This document shows, piece after piece, positions 51,834-64,000 of a stretch of DNA of 64,000 nt. Origin of the DNA: Botryllus schlosseri (taxonomy: Eukaryota). Numbering within the stretch: the first letter of the stretch is position 1; every line of letters starts with the position of its first letter. The position numbers and the translations under genes are program-made. The stretch lies in NCBI GenBank assembly GCA_051294905.1, contig CM119372.1:37388001-37452000 (forward strand), read 5' to 3'. The notes under the pieces are model-generated. The model had not been told where the DNA came from. It saw nothing but the letters and a program-made list of their open reading frames with translations, and did not search any database.

Positions 51834-53491
51834 CAGAGTTGGATCAATTACAATAATTCAGTTCAATTACAATTACAATTACAATTACTTCCTCTTATGT
51901 TTCAATTACATTACAATTAGAATTACTCAATGCTAAAAATATCAAATTACAATTACAATTACTGTTAAACATGTAATTATTTAAAATTACAATTACTGGT
52001 AAACATTTAATTGATTCGGTAGAGCGGTGTTCTTTGACAACCGTCGCGACGTAATTAGCAACAATCCCAAGCTATTGATGTTTCATTCATGATACGTAGA
52101 ATACCCTTTAATTAAAAAAAAACTCGAACATATTCGAACTATTCCTAATTATGAGTACTGAACACTACAGACACAGAAAAATGTTTCAAGCGACTGTTAA
52201 CAACCAAAAGTCTGAGCGACTAACAGCGAATAGGCTACAGGACAGTCAATGAAATGTGTAATCAAACGATTAGGCTACTAAGAGCTGAGTGAGGATAATG
52301 AAATGTAATTGGTAATGCGTGGATGATACCGATGACACGTGTAAAATTAAAATAAATGCAAAAGGAAAGAACCTCCTGATAACTACGAATTACAACATTT
52401 TGGTTCGCATTTATATTTTCACTTGCTCGGAAACTATTAGATTGCATTTGATGAACATTAGGGTGCGAAAATTTTTGGCCCCAGTAAATTTGGTCAAGAT
52501 TGGAGGTAAGATTAGGATAACATCACGAGAAATACGTGATCAAGCTTAAATTTGAAGAAGCCTTGGTTGGAAACTTGAATTTCTTTTTGCAATTGTTGCA
52601 GCAAGCCTCGGTACTGGTCAGAGATTTAAAAATAAAAACCCTGACCGTGGTGTAGGAAATGGTTCAGCACAGGTTTCAGAAGAGTTTATTTGTTGTTCAT
52701 TCATTTTTGAAATATTAAGATTTAGTTTAGCCCACTGAATCTCTAACTTTTTTAGACACGCCCCCTTTATGACAGTGCAATATTTCGTGCCCCACTTATC
52801 GTCATATCACACAATGAAACCTGAATGTTACCAATCCTTACGGATAGTTTGATGGTATGGAAAGTTATGACTGTGGATGAGAGAATTCTCCAATATGAAA
52901 TTCGGATTATACACAGAGCAACAGCTATGAAATGAAGGTGAATCGCGCGAATCGCGAAAAAAATTTCAGTTTACCGGACGGAGCTTCGCCCCCCCTTCAG
53001 TTGCTTTCACGCCACACAAGAAGGGCATGCCCCCCAATTTGAGAACCACTGGTTTAACCTATAATGTAATTCACAAAGTTTTCTGTTGCTACTGAAGTAT
53101 GGGAAACAGTTTAGCATGGCTGAATTATCTAGTTATAACGCGGCACGCATAGAACACCGATGTAAATAGGCTAATTATTATAGGTGGCGATTGAGTACTA
53201 AGGCCTTAAGGCCTTAAGGCCCCTCGTCGTCATCATGGTCCGTACTGGATTTTTACTGGTGTGACGAATAAATGATTGATTGATTGACTATATTAAGTTA
53301 TGATTATCAGGTTTCCATAACAATGTAATTGAAATCGTAACTGAGCAAAATTTTCATCAAATTACAATTACAATTACACAAAATAGAAATGCTTCAATTA
53401 CAATTACAATTACAATTACAATTACAATTACATGAAAGCATATAATTAATTACATTCAGCTCAATTACAAATTACAATTGATCCAACTCTG
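51834..53491. mobile_element. hAT element with (CAATTA)n subterminal arrays
   Basis: TIR CAGAGTTGGATCAATT; perfect TSD CTAACAAA; nested MITE at ~52731-53051, an inverted relative of 55986-56287. Confidence 0.9.
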
Positions 53492-55030
53492 CTAACAAAT
53501 ACCCATTGGATTTATATTCGATATTGATGCCCTCGATGCCAATTGCTGGTGTCGATCGAGTTTACTGGAATATGGAAGGTTTTCCTTCAAAAGAGCCGAA
53601 TAAATTCAGCATTATTTTCACTGAGAATCTGGTGTTGGATCAACATTTGACAACTGACGCCGTGCATTATACAATGCACCGTGTCAATAACGAAATAAAA
53701 TACAGGCTCACGAGTGGCATTGCGTGACAATTCAGGAATACGACTGTTTCAAGCAGACAAGAATAAATGCACAAAACAGATAGTTACATATTGGGAAGCA
53801 CGCATTCAATCACTGATTCCTCTCTTATATCCCACATCATGGGGTTGGAACCAGGCCCATAACAGCACTCCGTCAGGCTCCCTCAAACGTTGGTCTTGGG
53901 CCCCCCATAGAGTGATAAAACAAACTTCTTTGGGGCTTAGCCCCCCAGACCCCCCACAGGTTAGTCGTGTTTGCCGCGACTTGTAACCGACATTTATAGT
54001 ACTGTCTAGTGACACGCAATACTTCGCCCAAATGCGATAAGTGCGAGAATTTTCAAATATCCAGGCGGTGTAATAACTTCATTACATGATGCTGTTACGT
54101 GACCTCCTGTCTGCTATGTCAGAGATATTGAAATCGCACAAACGTACTAAGCTAAGACACACACGATTTCAAATTGGTATTTCTTCACTGGAGATTAAAT
54201 TTGACTTGCGGGAGGGCATTTGTCTTGTGGGGTTCAGATTGTCAGGGCAGGAACATACGCCGCCAGCCATTTAGGCACCTATGGACCAGGCCTTTTTATA
54301 TATATCGAAGTTTTCGGTCAGCATAAGGGCAGTCCATTTCGGACCAGTTTTTCCGCTGCCGATCGTTCTGGCACACTTTTTGGAGTCGCATGTTGGCCTG
54401 AAATTGTATATACTTTTCAAACAACCGGCTTCAGCTTCGGCTACGGCTCCATTAGAATTTTATTTGAAGCTCGGACTCCGTTAAAAATACACGGCTCCGG
54501 ACCTCCGGCTCCTTGCTGCTGCTCCAAAGCCCTGGTTAGAGGTAGTCAGTGATTAAGTACAGCTACTTTATTGGAGTACCCGTCGGAGGACCTACGCTGG
54601 GTTTGCTCATTTACAATATTTACTAGGTGAATATATTTTCAAGTTACTACCACTTCTGCTTAACAATTTTATTTAGTAGGCAACAATACTGAGTTTTGAA
54701 ACGTTACAATTGTTAAAAGTAGAATATTAAGGGTAAATTTGCGTCACATGTGTGAGTAAAATCGTCATAACAATAGGGCAATACATTTTCAGGTATCACG
54801 GTACCTTAATATATTGGCCTATTATGGTGCCATCAGTATTGAATATATAATGCGGGTGAACGTAATTGTTTAACAATGATGCGATATCGTGAATGGCTTT
54901 GTACATAATATACATATTCGACTTCACAGTTTCCTGTACGATTATATTGTATTTTAGCCTCTTTATTGGAATTGCGTCAACAAGTCGTGAAGCTATCAGT
55001 TCTCGCTGACTTTGCTTTAATATAATCAAG

Positions 55031-55207
55031 GTCTACCCCACATTCTTGGTACTGCTTGGAAAGGAGCCATCTGCCGAGGAAATGAAGAATGAAATGTTCC
55101 AGATGCGTTTCAACGTCATGCCGTTCATTGACAAGAAATACGGGGATCCGAATCTGTTAACATCCTTGGTTAATTTCTTATTTGTCGCCAACAGCGATTA
55201 CAGAAAA
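55031..55207 (+). CDS. PDI-fold gene, exon 9
   Basis: aag|VYPTFLVLLGKEPSAEEMKNEMFQMRFNVMPFIDKKYGDPNLLTSLVNFLFVANSDYRK|gtaagt; YPT cis-Pro-like motif; 177 bp. Confidence 0.78.
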
Positions 55208-55855
55208 GTAAGTATGTGTTGTATCTTCGGGAAGAGAATATTACATTTTCCGTGGGAACAGTCGGAGTCATATTGTCAATACCTCTAGCTAGACACAATG
55301 TACTTCGATACGGATAATTTTTTTCAATTTGAGTCATGCTGGATGATTCTTTTCCAGTATTGGAATTAATCGCCCCTTTGTACAAAGGGTTGCTTGTTGG
55401 TAGGCCTATTTATGGTGTTTCGACTGCGTTGGTCATTTTACACGAAGCCAATGTTCCGGTTATAATTCCTCATCTCTATTAAGGCTAATTAGGCAGTAGC
55501 GAGACTCAGCTTAGACTTACCACATGACATACCTCCTCAGCCCCTTTGGTAGCACTCGCACTCAGTTACTATCAACTTCAACTTGACAATACAAACCTCG
55601 TGCCGCTGGTATGGATTATAATTTCGCAAATGCAACCAGCTGGTGTTGCTGCTTTGATGTTTTGGTTACATTGATCATTCTACACCTAACATATATTCTT
55701 TGATAAAGATTTGCCGACCTGTAGTGCGTTACACATTCGTTCTAGACTTTTGCAAGACACCTCTTACGTCAGTCCAGATGGCAAAAGTGCGGGAGCCGAA
55801 ATGAACTTCTTCCACTTAGGTTGAAATTCCGCGGTCGAGCTAGGTTGGACTATAC

Positions 55856-57031
55856 CGTTCTGTGCGGCCCGCGGGAGTCTAAAGAAACTTTTTTTAAATA
55901 TTGATAAACTGCGGCCTAAAAATCGACTTAATGCATGGACTTGATCCACTTTTTCTTAGCATATTTCACCATGATAATTCTAAGACAGTGGTTGTGAAAC
56001 TGGGGCCGTGAAAGCATCTGAAAGGGGCGCGAAGCTGAGCTCAACTGAAAAAATTTTTCGCGTGATTTACATCCAATTCATACTTATTCCTCTGTATTTA
56101 CTCTGAATTACATATTTAAAAATCTCTCATCCACAGTCGTAACCTTCCATGCCATCAAACTATCCGTTAGGTTTGCTAGCATCCTGGTCGCGTTTTGTGA
56201 TATGACGATAAGGGGGGGGGGGCAGGGCGTGAAATCCTTCACCATCATAAGGGGGGGAGCGTGTCTTAAAAAGTTTGAGAACCACTGTTCTAAGGTAAAT
56301 AGTTGGGTAAATACTATTATTTTTTATGTTTAATTTCTGTCGCAACAGCCCGATTTCAAGGCCAACGCAGTTTGTAAGGTTTCAACTGCTAAACATCACA
56401 GAAATCCCAAACGATGCAGCAATTAGAGCTTAACGTCACAGCGGGATCGCTGAAACGAGATTGGCATAATTTGGATCACGAGTGGGATTTCAGATTGGGC
56501 ACTCGAATTTTAATTATTTCAGTGATGTGCTTATAAGAAACGATTCGGGCGTGTCTTAGGTAGATTCGTTGTCTGTATGCGTAGAATTGGGGTATTTATA
56601 TTTTATTTACACATACTAGAAGCGTGTTTGAAGCTAACATAGTTATGATGCTGTTAGCATTGTGTGTCCTGGAACTGAACCAAAAGTGGAATTAGTAAAT
56701 CTATGAACAGATCGCTGCTCACAGATTTAAATTTCAATCCTGTTCGAATCGGCGCAACCGACTTTCATCTCTGTAGTTTTTAAAAATTGGTTATTGACGT
56801 CCACCAGCCTATGAAATCTCGCCACTCTAATGTTTCTGACGCGAGTGCGATATCATCAAAGCAATGTTTGGCTTGTTTTAAATAAGCACATATATTATCT
56901 CCATGTCCTCACTATATAATCAAATATCAATATTGCGTTTTGGTTTATAGTCCCAATTTTATATAGTGCGGCCCGCGAATGGATTCAGATGTTGAATGTG
57001 GCCCGCGAGCTCAAATGTTCGCCCACCCCTG
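55856..57031. mobile_element. hAT MITE with left TIR deleted and a nested MITE at 55986-56287
   Basis: GACTATAC on both flanks; right end GTTCGCCCACCCCTG; nested element TSD TTCTAAGA / TTCTAAGG. Confidence 0.75.
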
Positions 57032-57370
57032 GACTATACCCCATATCGCGCCGAAAAGTGATCCTATTTCTAACGCCGTAAATCTTACTAACTTGTTTTT
57101 TTACTTTAGTCCAAACAATCACTAGACATTGATCAACTGTGCATTCGTATTCGTATTCATCCCAACGTCCAGATTCAAAACACCTTGGTCAGCTTTGTGC
57201 GCCATGTCTTGTATACCGAGTAAATTCAATATACAATACCGTGTATCATGGGTGTCAAACGCAACTGACGTCGCGGTTCGGATTCAGAGCCTCAGACCGC
57301 TCTCGGGCCGCACCAGTCAAATAATTCAAAAATATTACCCTAAAATCCATTCCCTTGTTTGTCATATGAA

Positions 57371-57715
57371 CAGGGTTACCGTATTTTGAGATCCGAAAAA
57401 GAGGGCACTTTTCAAAAATTCTCAAAGCTCCAGCACCAGAAAAGAAAACTGGTGATTTAGACCGAGAGTACTGTGTTTACTTAAAAATAGAATGTCATCA
57501 ATTCGGCTCAACACCCGAATTACCCGGTTTTTAATGATAATATGTGTTGTTGACTAAACAAAATAGGTATTCTCTTTGACTGGAATCCCGTTTTACCCGA
57601 TTTATTTTACGAAACTCTGACGTTCGCTGCCTCGGGGTCGAGTTTTTAATCGTATTTTAAATCTTTTTCTAGAAAAAGAGGACAAATTCCTGAAATAGCA
57701 CGTATGGTAACCCTG
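57371..57715. mobile_element. Blackjack-type hAT MITE
   Basis: CAGGGTTACC / GGTAACCCTG; TSD CATATGAA / CATATAAA. Confidence 0.82.
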
Positions 57716-58369
57716 CATATAAATGCTTTATTATCAACACTATACACACAGCAGTATATTAGATTTTATGACGGAAAATAGGGGTTATACTCAATGTAGG
57801 TGCACCTTTATTCGTAAACAATGGAATGCAGTTATATACCGATAAAACACTAGCTCTAACGACGAAAGAAGTTGGCATTTTTATATTCTCACCTTGTTTT
57901 ACATTTGAATTACATTTATGTGTATTGTAATCTACATGTAAACTACATAACGGTTTCGCGATGTCGTTTTCGCTTCAATGAAAAGCTAGTTATTGTTCAA
58001 TTTTTCTATAGCACTCTGAAATCAATATGCACTTTTTTGCCATATCGGCATTGGGTGTTAATGTCAGCCACTTGCTCCCAATGCTGACTAGACAAGAAAC
58101 CACAACATCGCTATCGGGTAGTTATAGTGTCGCCTATAAACGTATATTCGACATTTGCTGTCTTGAAGGATTATTAAATGAAAGTACCTCTGAAAATCTC
58201 GAAATCTGTTAGATAGGCGCTGAATAGTCCACATTTTCCAGTGTACTGAGAAATGCTTCGCGGGTCCGATGAATTATCTGGCAGGCTGAATGTTGACCAC
58301 GGGCAGTGTGTTTGGCACCCCTGCCGTATAATATATTGATGTGATGCTAAACCAATCCTTCCGTTTCAG

Positions 58370-58501
58370 AATCTTCCAGGACGCGATCCGGCGGAACCAG
58401 CTGAAATATCGAAGATGGACGAGATACGCAATAAGTTAAAGCAACGTTTTGACAAAGCAATGAAAAGTACTCCAAGGCAGCCTAGAAAACATGAATTGTG
58501 A
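58370..58501 (+). CDS. PDI-fold gene, last exon (ends KHEL-stop)
   Basis: ccgtttcag|NLPGRDPAEPAEISKMDEIRNKLKQRFDKAMKSTPRQPRKHEL*; KDEL-like C-terminus. Confidence 0.8.
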   Translation, partial: NLPGRDPAEPAEISKMDEIRNKLKQRFDKAMKSTPRQPRKHEL

Positions 58502-60183
58502 CAAGAATATGGACGATCCTATTTCGATGCCATTTTTGGAAAGAACATATTTATGATAATATATAATTTATATTGCCTAAAATGTATCACCAAGTCATGG
58601 CAACAAAATATGTAGATTTTGAGTATTTCATTTTTTATTTAATATTAAATAGAACCATTAGGATATCCTAAAAATTGATATAATAGGTTTCTGAGCTTGT
58701 TTATCAACATTACCGGCGATTTGTTTATTTGTAAGTCTGAGAATTGACAAAAAACGATTGTGATATTTTGTTAGTTTTGTATCTGGAAATTGTTATTCAA
58801 TGCTGCGTGATAGAAAATGTGATATGTGATTGCTAATAATGCAGGAAGTTTTGCAGGGATTATATTCATGAAAAATAATATAAAGTATATTGCGGCGATC
58901 TACGATGGAACGAAGAAAACCGTTCGAGTAATGTTCTAGTCGGTCGCGCATTTTCTCGTAATTTGAGTGTTTCAATGTAATTTGCAGTGCATTAATATAA
59001 CGAACTAGATATTAGATGTTTCAAATAGCAAGAACTTGGCACTTAGTCTTAGATTAATGAGGATAAACTCCTGTCTTGAGATCTTAGAATAGCATAATTA
59101 ATGGTGCTTAATGGAGCTGGTAGCATTGAAGCATCGGGTGAAACCCATTTAAGAAGCTTCAAAATAACATTTGACTGCTGTTCAGCTAATGGATTATCCA
59201 GTTCTACATACGTGGAGGATCATTTGAAGGGAATTAGTTTCTTGTGTGGGGTGTCTCAAGAGGTAGCTTAAAGAGACAGTCTGCCTAGCCACAGAGGGAT
59301 TATCGCATACCGAAGTCGAAGATTGCTTTATTTCAAGCTCATTAAAAATCTATTATTTAGAACTAATGAAGCAGGGATTCCCAGCCTAGAGGCTATGGCC
59401 CACAATGGGTAGCCTACATGAGCCTTTTTTTCTGGTAGCCTCGAAAAATTACAATCTCTCAGTCTTCTGCAATAGGACCAAAAAAAATAAATTTCAAGGC
59501 AATAAAAATAGTAGTACAGCAATAAGCTACCCCTTTATCATGAGTTTACTTTATTCCTTGTATCACCAAACCAGCAATGGCAAACACAAGCTCAACCATT
59601 ACATTTACTGAATATGCAATAACTTATTAATGTATACCGGCCATCACGTTTCTTGTATGTTGTCTTTATATCATTTTATCAATCGAACTACCGGTTAATG
59701 CATAAATCAGTTTTTCAGGTAAAATACCGTTTCTTAAATCTTTGTTGAATAAAATATTCATGTTGAAATAAACTCGAATATTTTCGGCTGACACTATAGT
59801 CAGCTGTAATCGTCAGCAACTAGTAGAGAATGGGAAAGAACATTGTTTATCAACAGTCGTACTACCAAATATGACGTCAGTGGCATGGAATTTCTAATAA
59901 TGGGGGCGAAGAGATCGTTTAAGCGCAATGTATTATTTTATATGGTTCATCAACTATTTTTATTGGCATAAACTAGGCTGGTTCCGAAAAAATGGTGCAA
60001 TTGATTTTCCAATACTTCAAAGGGTGTCACGGTGTAAAAAATGTTGCAACCCCTGTTCCGAAGCAAAATTACCGTTCCTATTGTATTGCAGTAGATTAAT
60101 CTATCCGATATTGCGCAAGATCAATCGACACCTGATTAGTGAAATGGATACGGTGACGCCAAACCTATCGTTATATACGACTG

Positions 60184-61113
60184 ATGAATCGAGTCATATG
60201 CCTTATCGCTCGATCTTTGGGCAGTGGGCACATGGGAAAGGCCATGGTGTGGTTTACCTTTTCAACAATGACGGCGATTGGCATCCTTACAAATTCCTGC
60301 ATGCTAATAGTTTTATTACGAAAGAAGACAAATGTCTTCACAACCATAATCTCTGGTCTCTGCGTATCAGATATTGTGTCATTCATCAACACTCCATTCG
60401 TCGTATATCACCTGTTGAATTTCAGAGACTACCGACTGCCATCACTTCTCTGCCTCTTGATATTCCCAATAGAGACCGGCACATCCATGGTAACGGGATT
60501 TCAGACACTGTTGCTGAGTTACGTGAGGTACCGAAACGTAGTGCATGCTGTTGATTCTCGGGGCAGCGAAATATCAGTGAAAACAAGTCACAAAATTCTT
60601 GGCAGCGCATGGCTTATTTCGTTCACTGTTTTGATGTTTCCTCTTGTTGCTCACATGCAACTTTCCGAGGAAAACGGTTCGTACATTTGCTACGCTAACA
60701 GCCAAACGCCTACCTACCTATCATTGCTATCCGTAGTATCTTTTACCGTGGGTATCTTTTTTCCACTGGTCTTTGTTGTTGGATATTCCGCTGCCTTACT
60801 CCGCTTCATCATGAAAAGAAATTCAGCGGCACTAGCTACGAAGACATCGCGACCCGGCGCTAAAAAGAAGGTAGAACGGGCTTTGCTTCAACTGAAAACA
60901 ATAATAGCGACGTTCCTGATCGCTTATGGCACCGACTTCGTGATGAAAATAGTGATGCTTTCTACACTAGAGAAGATACCAAAGATTGGAGCCTTGTTGA
61001 TCACGTATATTCCTTACCTTCTTTTGGTCGTTACGAAGTGTATCAATCCGTTCATTTATTGGAACGCCTCCAGTGAAATTAAAGATGAGGTGAAGAGAGA
61101 GAGAGAGAGATGA
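60184..61113 (+). CDS. intronless rhodopsin-like (class A) GPCR, C-terminally truncated, possibly a pseudogene
   Basis: Seven hydrophobic segments; GILTN (TM1), LCVSD (TM2), Cys at the top of TM3, VRY (DRY position), W in TM4, ECL2 Cys, FFP..Y (TM5), NPFIY (TM7). Confidence 0.88.
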   Translation: MNRVICLIARSLGSGHMGKAMVWFTFSTMTAIGILTNSCMLIVLLRKKTNVFTTIISGLCVSDIVSFINTPFVVYHLLNFRDYRLPSLLCLLIFPIETGTSMVTGFQTLLLSYVRYRNVVHAVDSRGSEISVKTSHKILGSAWLISFTVLMFPLVAHMQLSEENGSYICYANSQTPTYLSLLSVVSFTVGIFFPLVFVVGYSAALLRFIMKRNSAALATKTSRPGAKKKVERALLQLKTIIATFLIAYGTDFVMKIVMLSTLEKIPKIGALLITYIPYLLLVVTKCINPFIYWNASSEIKDEVKRERER

Positions 61114-61346
61114 TATTCTTTTTCGCCTGCACCATCGAGATGCTTTGACGACGGAGTTGCGATACGGTCCCATGAGGTCATCTAGTCTGCGCCCCCGTTT
61201 TTTTTCTCCTCCATGCTATCCGTGATTGCTGAGCGCCTAGCAGGATAGCTGCGGATACTAATTTTAGAGTCTTTGGTATGACCCGGTCGGGGATCGAACC
61301 CACGACCTACCGCTCGAGAAGCCGGACGCATAACCATTACACTATC
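61095..61346 (-). mobile_element. tRNA-derived SINE with Meta-like central domain and (TC)n tail
   Basis: Minus strand: A box TAGTGTAATGG, B box GGTTCGATCCC, then GGGTCATACCAAAGACTCTAAAATTAGTATCC...GGCGCTCAGCA, as I recall for the MetaSINE core; microsatellite tail. Confidence 0.85.
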
Positions 61347-61595
61347 TTACACTATCATTACCAGTCTGGCAGTTAGACTCACGCGAAGAGAAAGCACGAG
61401 TGAACAAGATACCGAAATGAACGTAACATCGAAGCCTCCCTGTGTCTCCTCGAGAGTCTCTGAAGAAATAACTAAATAAACTGAAGTTATTGTTGTTTGT
61501 GGTATTCGTGTTGATTTTAGACTACAATGATCATTTACGCAGTCTTGTCTCGCAGGAATCTAAAAGACAATTTAATTAGTATGAATTAGTCAATA

Positions 61596-62837
61596 CAGTC
61601 GAATTCCCCTACTTCGGACGCCAGACAATGCGGGCAATCGCTTTATTCGACAAAATTACTCGGAAACGGCAAAAAAGTAAAAATTGCAAACTCTGGCTTA
61701 TTTGCACAATTATACTCTTAATTCGGACGGAGGATTACATTTCCTATCGTTAGATTATGAGTAGGGAACGTTTCTGTTACAGTGTAATCCGTGGAAATTT
61801 GCATTTATTTTTCACACAAGTTGCAGTAATAAGTTGTATTTATTTTTCACAAAACTTTAACTAAAAAGTTGCATTTATGGACAAGCTTCTTGAAATTATT
61901 AGTGTGTGAGATGCTCGAATCGATCGGTATATAAGGCATTGCATCAAATTTCAGTGTTGACGACTTCAACAAAATCAATAGCCTGTTAAAATTGACCCAG
62001 TGAAAATATAATTTTTGCGGTCTAGCCTGAAATGTACGTCATATTTAAACGGCAGTCAACTAATCAAGCGATCTGTTCACATGTAGTGCCAAATATTCCC
62101 AGTAAAAAGTTGGTTGCATAAAAAATAGAAAAAAAAACTTGCAAACAGTTGTATAAAAAATCGAAAAAGGCTGCAAAAAGTTTCATGAAAAATCTAAAAG
62201 TTGTAAAAAATTGCATGAAAAAAATGGAGAAAAGATGCAAAAAGTTGCAATATCAGATTCCCCAGACAGGTTAAAACACCATGCTACATAACTTCTGATT
62301 ATTTAGAAAGCTGCCGGAGCTGTGGAAAAAGTTGAAAAAGTTGCAAAAACTTACCCTAGTTATGACACAATAAACAGTTCTCCATTCGTAATAATACAAA
62401 ATGAGTGTCTACGGTAACACAATGACGAAATATGCCGAAACAATCGACAATGAACTCGTATAAGGCTGTGTCATCATCGTAGTAGATTCTACCTGGACTT
62501 GGTATAGTTTCAAAAATTACCTTACTATTGTAACCCTATCTATGCGTGTTACACATATTTATAGAGTTGAATTATTTGATATCGAACACTGTACAATATA
62601 ACTAGATGGTGCAACTCTTGTTTTATGCGATAAGTGAAATTTACTGCAGCATATCGCTGCTGTGATTCATTTATTGTGCAACAGTACCCTGCGTTCATTA
62701 TAATGAGCTGCGTTTGCGTATGACTGACCATGAAGCGAACAACGGATTTTCCGTATCAGTCGGAAAAAGCTGTTCCTTCGCTTTATTGGACCAAAAGTGA
62801 GCATAATCAAAGTGTCCGAATTCGGAAGAGTCGACTG
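61596..62837. mobile_element. pogo/Tigger-like (Tc1-mariner) non-autonomous element with nested MITE 61762-62358
   Basis: TA|CAGTCGAATTC ... GAGTCGACTG|TA, TA TSD. Confidence 0.75.
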
Positions 62838-63638
62838 TACTATATTTCTTTATTTTATTGTTATAACATAACAAACAAATACCACTGTTGCAAAAGATAA
62901 TTTAAGGCCGAACTATAGCATATTGGCACATTCGCGATTATCTCAGGTATATATATGATATACCGCAGGGCCGCGCAACTCTTCCCGTCTGCTGGCCTGA
63001 TATGGGGAAATGAAGTATGCTACTTGACGGGGACGGATTTCTGAATCAAACCACTAATCACGTATTGTCCACTTACACAAGTGACAAATAGTATTTACTG
63101 TACACTACGAGTTTGAAGCATAGAGACAAAAAACAGTATTTAATTTTTTGAACCCAGGCAGCATGTCGGACGTACAAACCCTTAGTAAAGACCGTACATG
63201 AACATTAGTTAGATCTTAACGCAAATATGTTTTCTTGCAAATATACGTACACCCGCAGGCCACATTATCATGTATGTTATGTATATATAATGTATATTGT
63301 CATGCGAATTCTATAGACCTAGGCTATATCTCGGCTTGTCTATACTGTACAAGTCTTCAGTCGCTATGTTACGAAGTGAGAAGCGATTTGATCAAGTACT
63401 GAAATTATAGAGTTTTTCTTCTAACAGTTAGCTGTATCAATGAGAGTGATATATGGTTACCATACGTCCTTTTTTAATAGGAATCGTCGTCTTTTTTCAA
63501 TAAATTGAAAGTGTCCTCGGATGAGGACGCATAAATGTCCTCTTTCTTGGGAATGTGTTCTCTTCTTGTAGAAAAAAAAGGATTAAAATGCGATCAAAAA
63601 CTCTACTCCAACACTGCGAAGGCCAGAGTGGGTTAGAC

Positions 63639-64000
63639 CAGTGGTTCTCAAACGCCGGTCCGCCAGGTATATTACAATTTTATACCTTAATTTCTAGATG
63701 CAATATGTTGAAGGCTTGTCCATTGATAGAATAAATAAAACACCAAATCTCCCAGATTCAAAACTTCGTGAGGTAACATTTAGGCTGGAAACATGTTTGA
63801 TTTGACTTGAAGTTCAAGACGTGTCATTTGACGAATTGCAAGCGAAAAATATGACCCTACTCGCTAAACCGCGCAGTTTGCGCGATCGTTCGTTTTCGAT
63901 TCATTCATTCTGTGCAAGACTGTAACTGGGGCACCCCAAAACCCCAAACTGAAGAGGGGTCGAGCTTGAAGGGGTCCAAAATTATTTCGCAAATGATCAT
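63639..64000. mobile_element. start of a second copy of the 9375-10623 hAT family (runs off the window)
   Basis: CAGTGGTTCTCAAACGCCGG and colinear blocks matching 9440-9660. Confidence 0.85.

Noticed and set aside
59040..59640. Possible Penelope/LINE relic
   Set aside because: Only a vague motif; not supportable.
59928..60554. 208-aa ORF overlapping the GPCR
   Set aside because: Mostly a shadow frame; only 60144-60235 is plausibly coding, as the GPCR N-terminus.
61270..61346. tRNA gene on the minus strand
   Set aside because: A and B boxes are present but run into a SINE core and tail, so it is a SINE head, not a tRNA.

Overview
AT-rich animal genomic DNA with spliceosomal introns. It looks like an invertebrate (possibly an ascidian; the taxon cannot be fixed from sequence alone) and is dominated by nested DNA transposons. 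Host genes, all on +: (1) a tandem sepiapterin reductase (SPR) cluster with an orphan, deleted exon 3 (16074-16240), SPR-A (18495-30087; GC-AG intron 1; 10.7-kb TE-filled intron 2) and SPR-B (31803-34762; 14-aa N-terminal extension resembling a mitochondrial presequence); (2) a roughly 10-exon gene mostly missed by the ORF track (41986-58501), encoding a signal-peptide, thioredoxin/PDI-fold protein with no CxxC, ending in KHEL, with apparent lesions in its 5' exons; (3) an intronless class A GPCR (60144/60184-61113) whose C-tail appears cut off by an antisense tRNA-derived SINE. Mobile DNA: a deleted and rearranged Gypsy LTR element, a Chapaev3-like relic, hATm and Blackjack-type hAT relics, a 1.6-kb almost fully palindromic hATm derivative, an unusual hAT relic of a type I recall mainly from stramenopiles, a pogo-like MITE and many hAT MITEs with readable 8-bp TSDs. 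I see no convincing wholly new biological system. The best leads are the cryptic PDI-like gene, the SINE-truncated GPCR, the SPR paralogue divergence, the intronic palindrome and the odd hAT. All family assignments are by eye and from memory; no searches were run.
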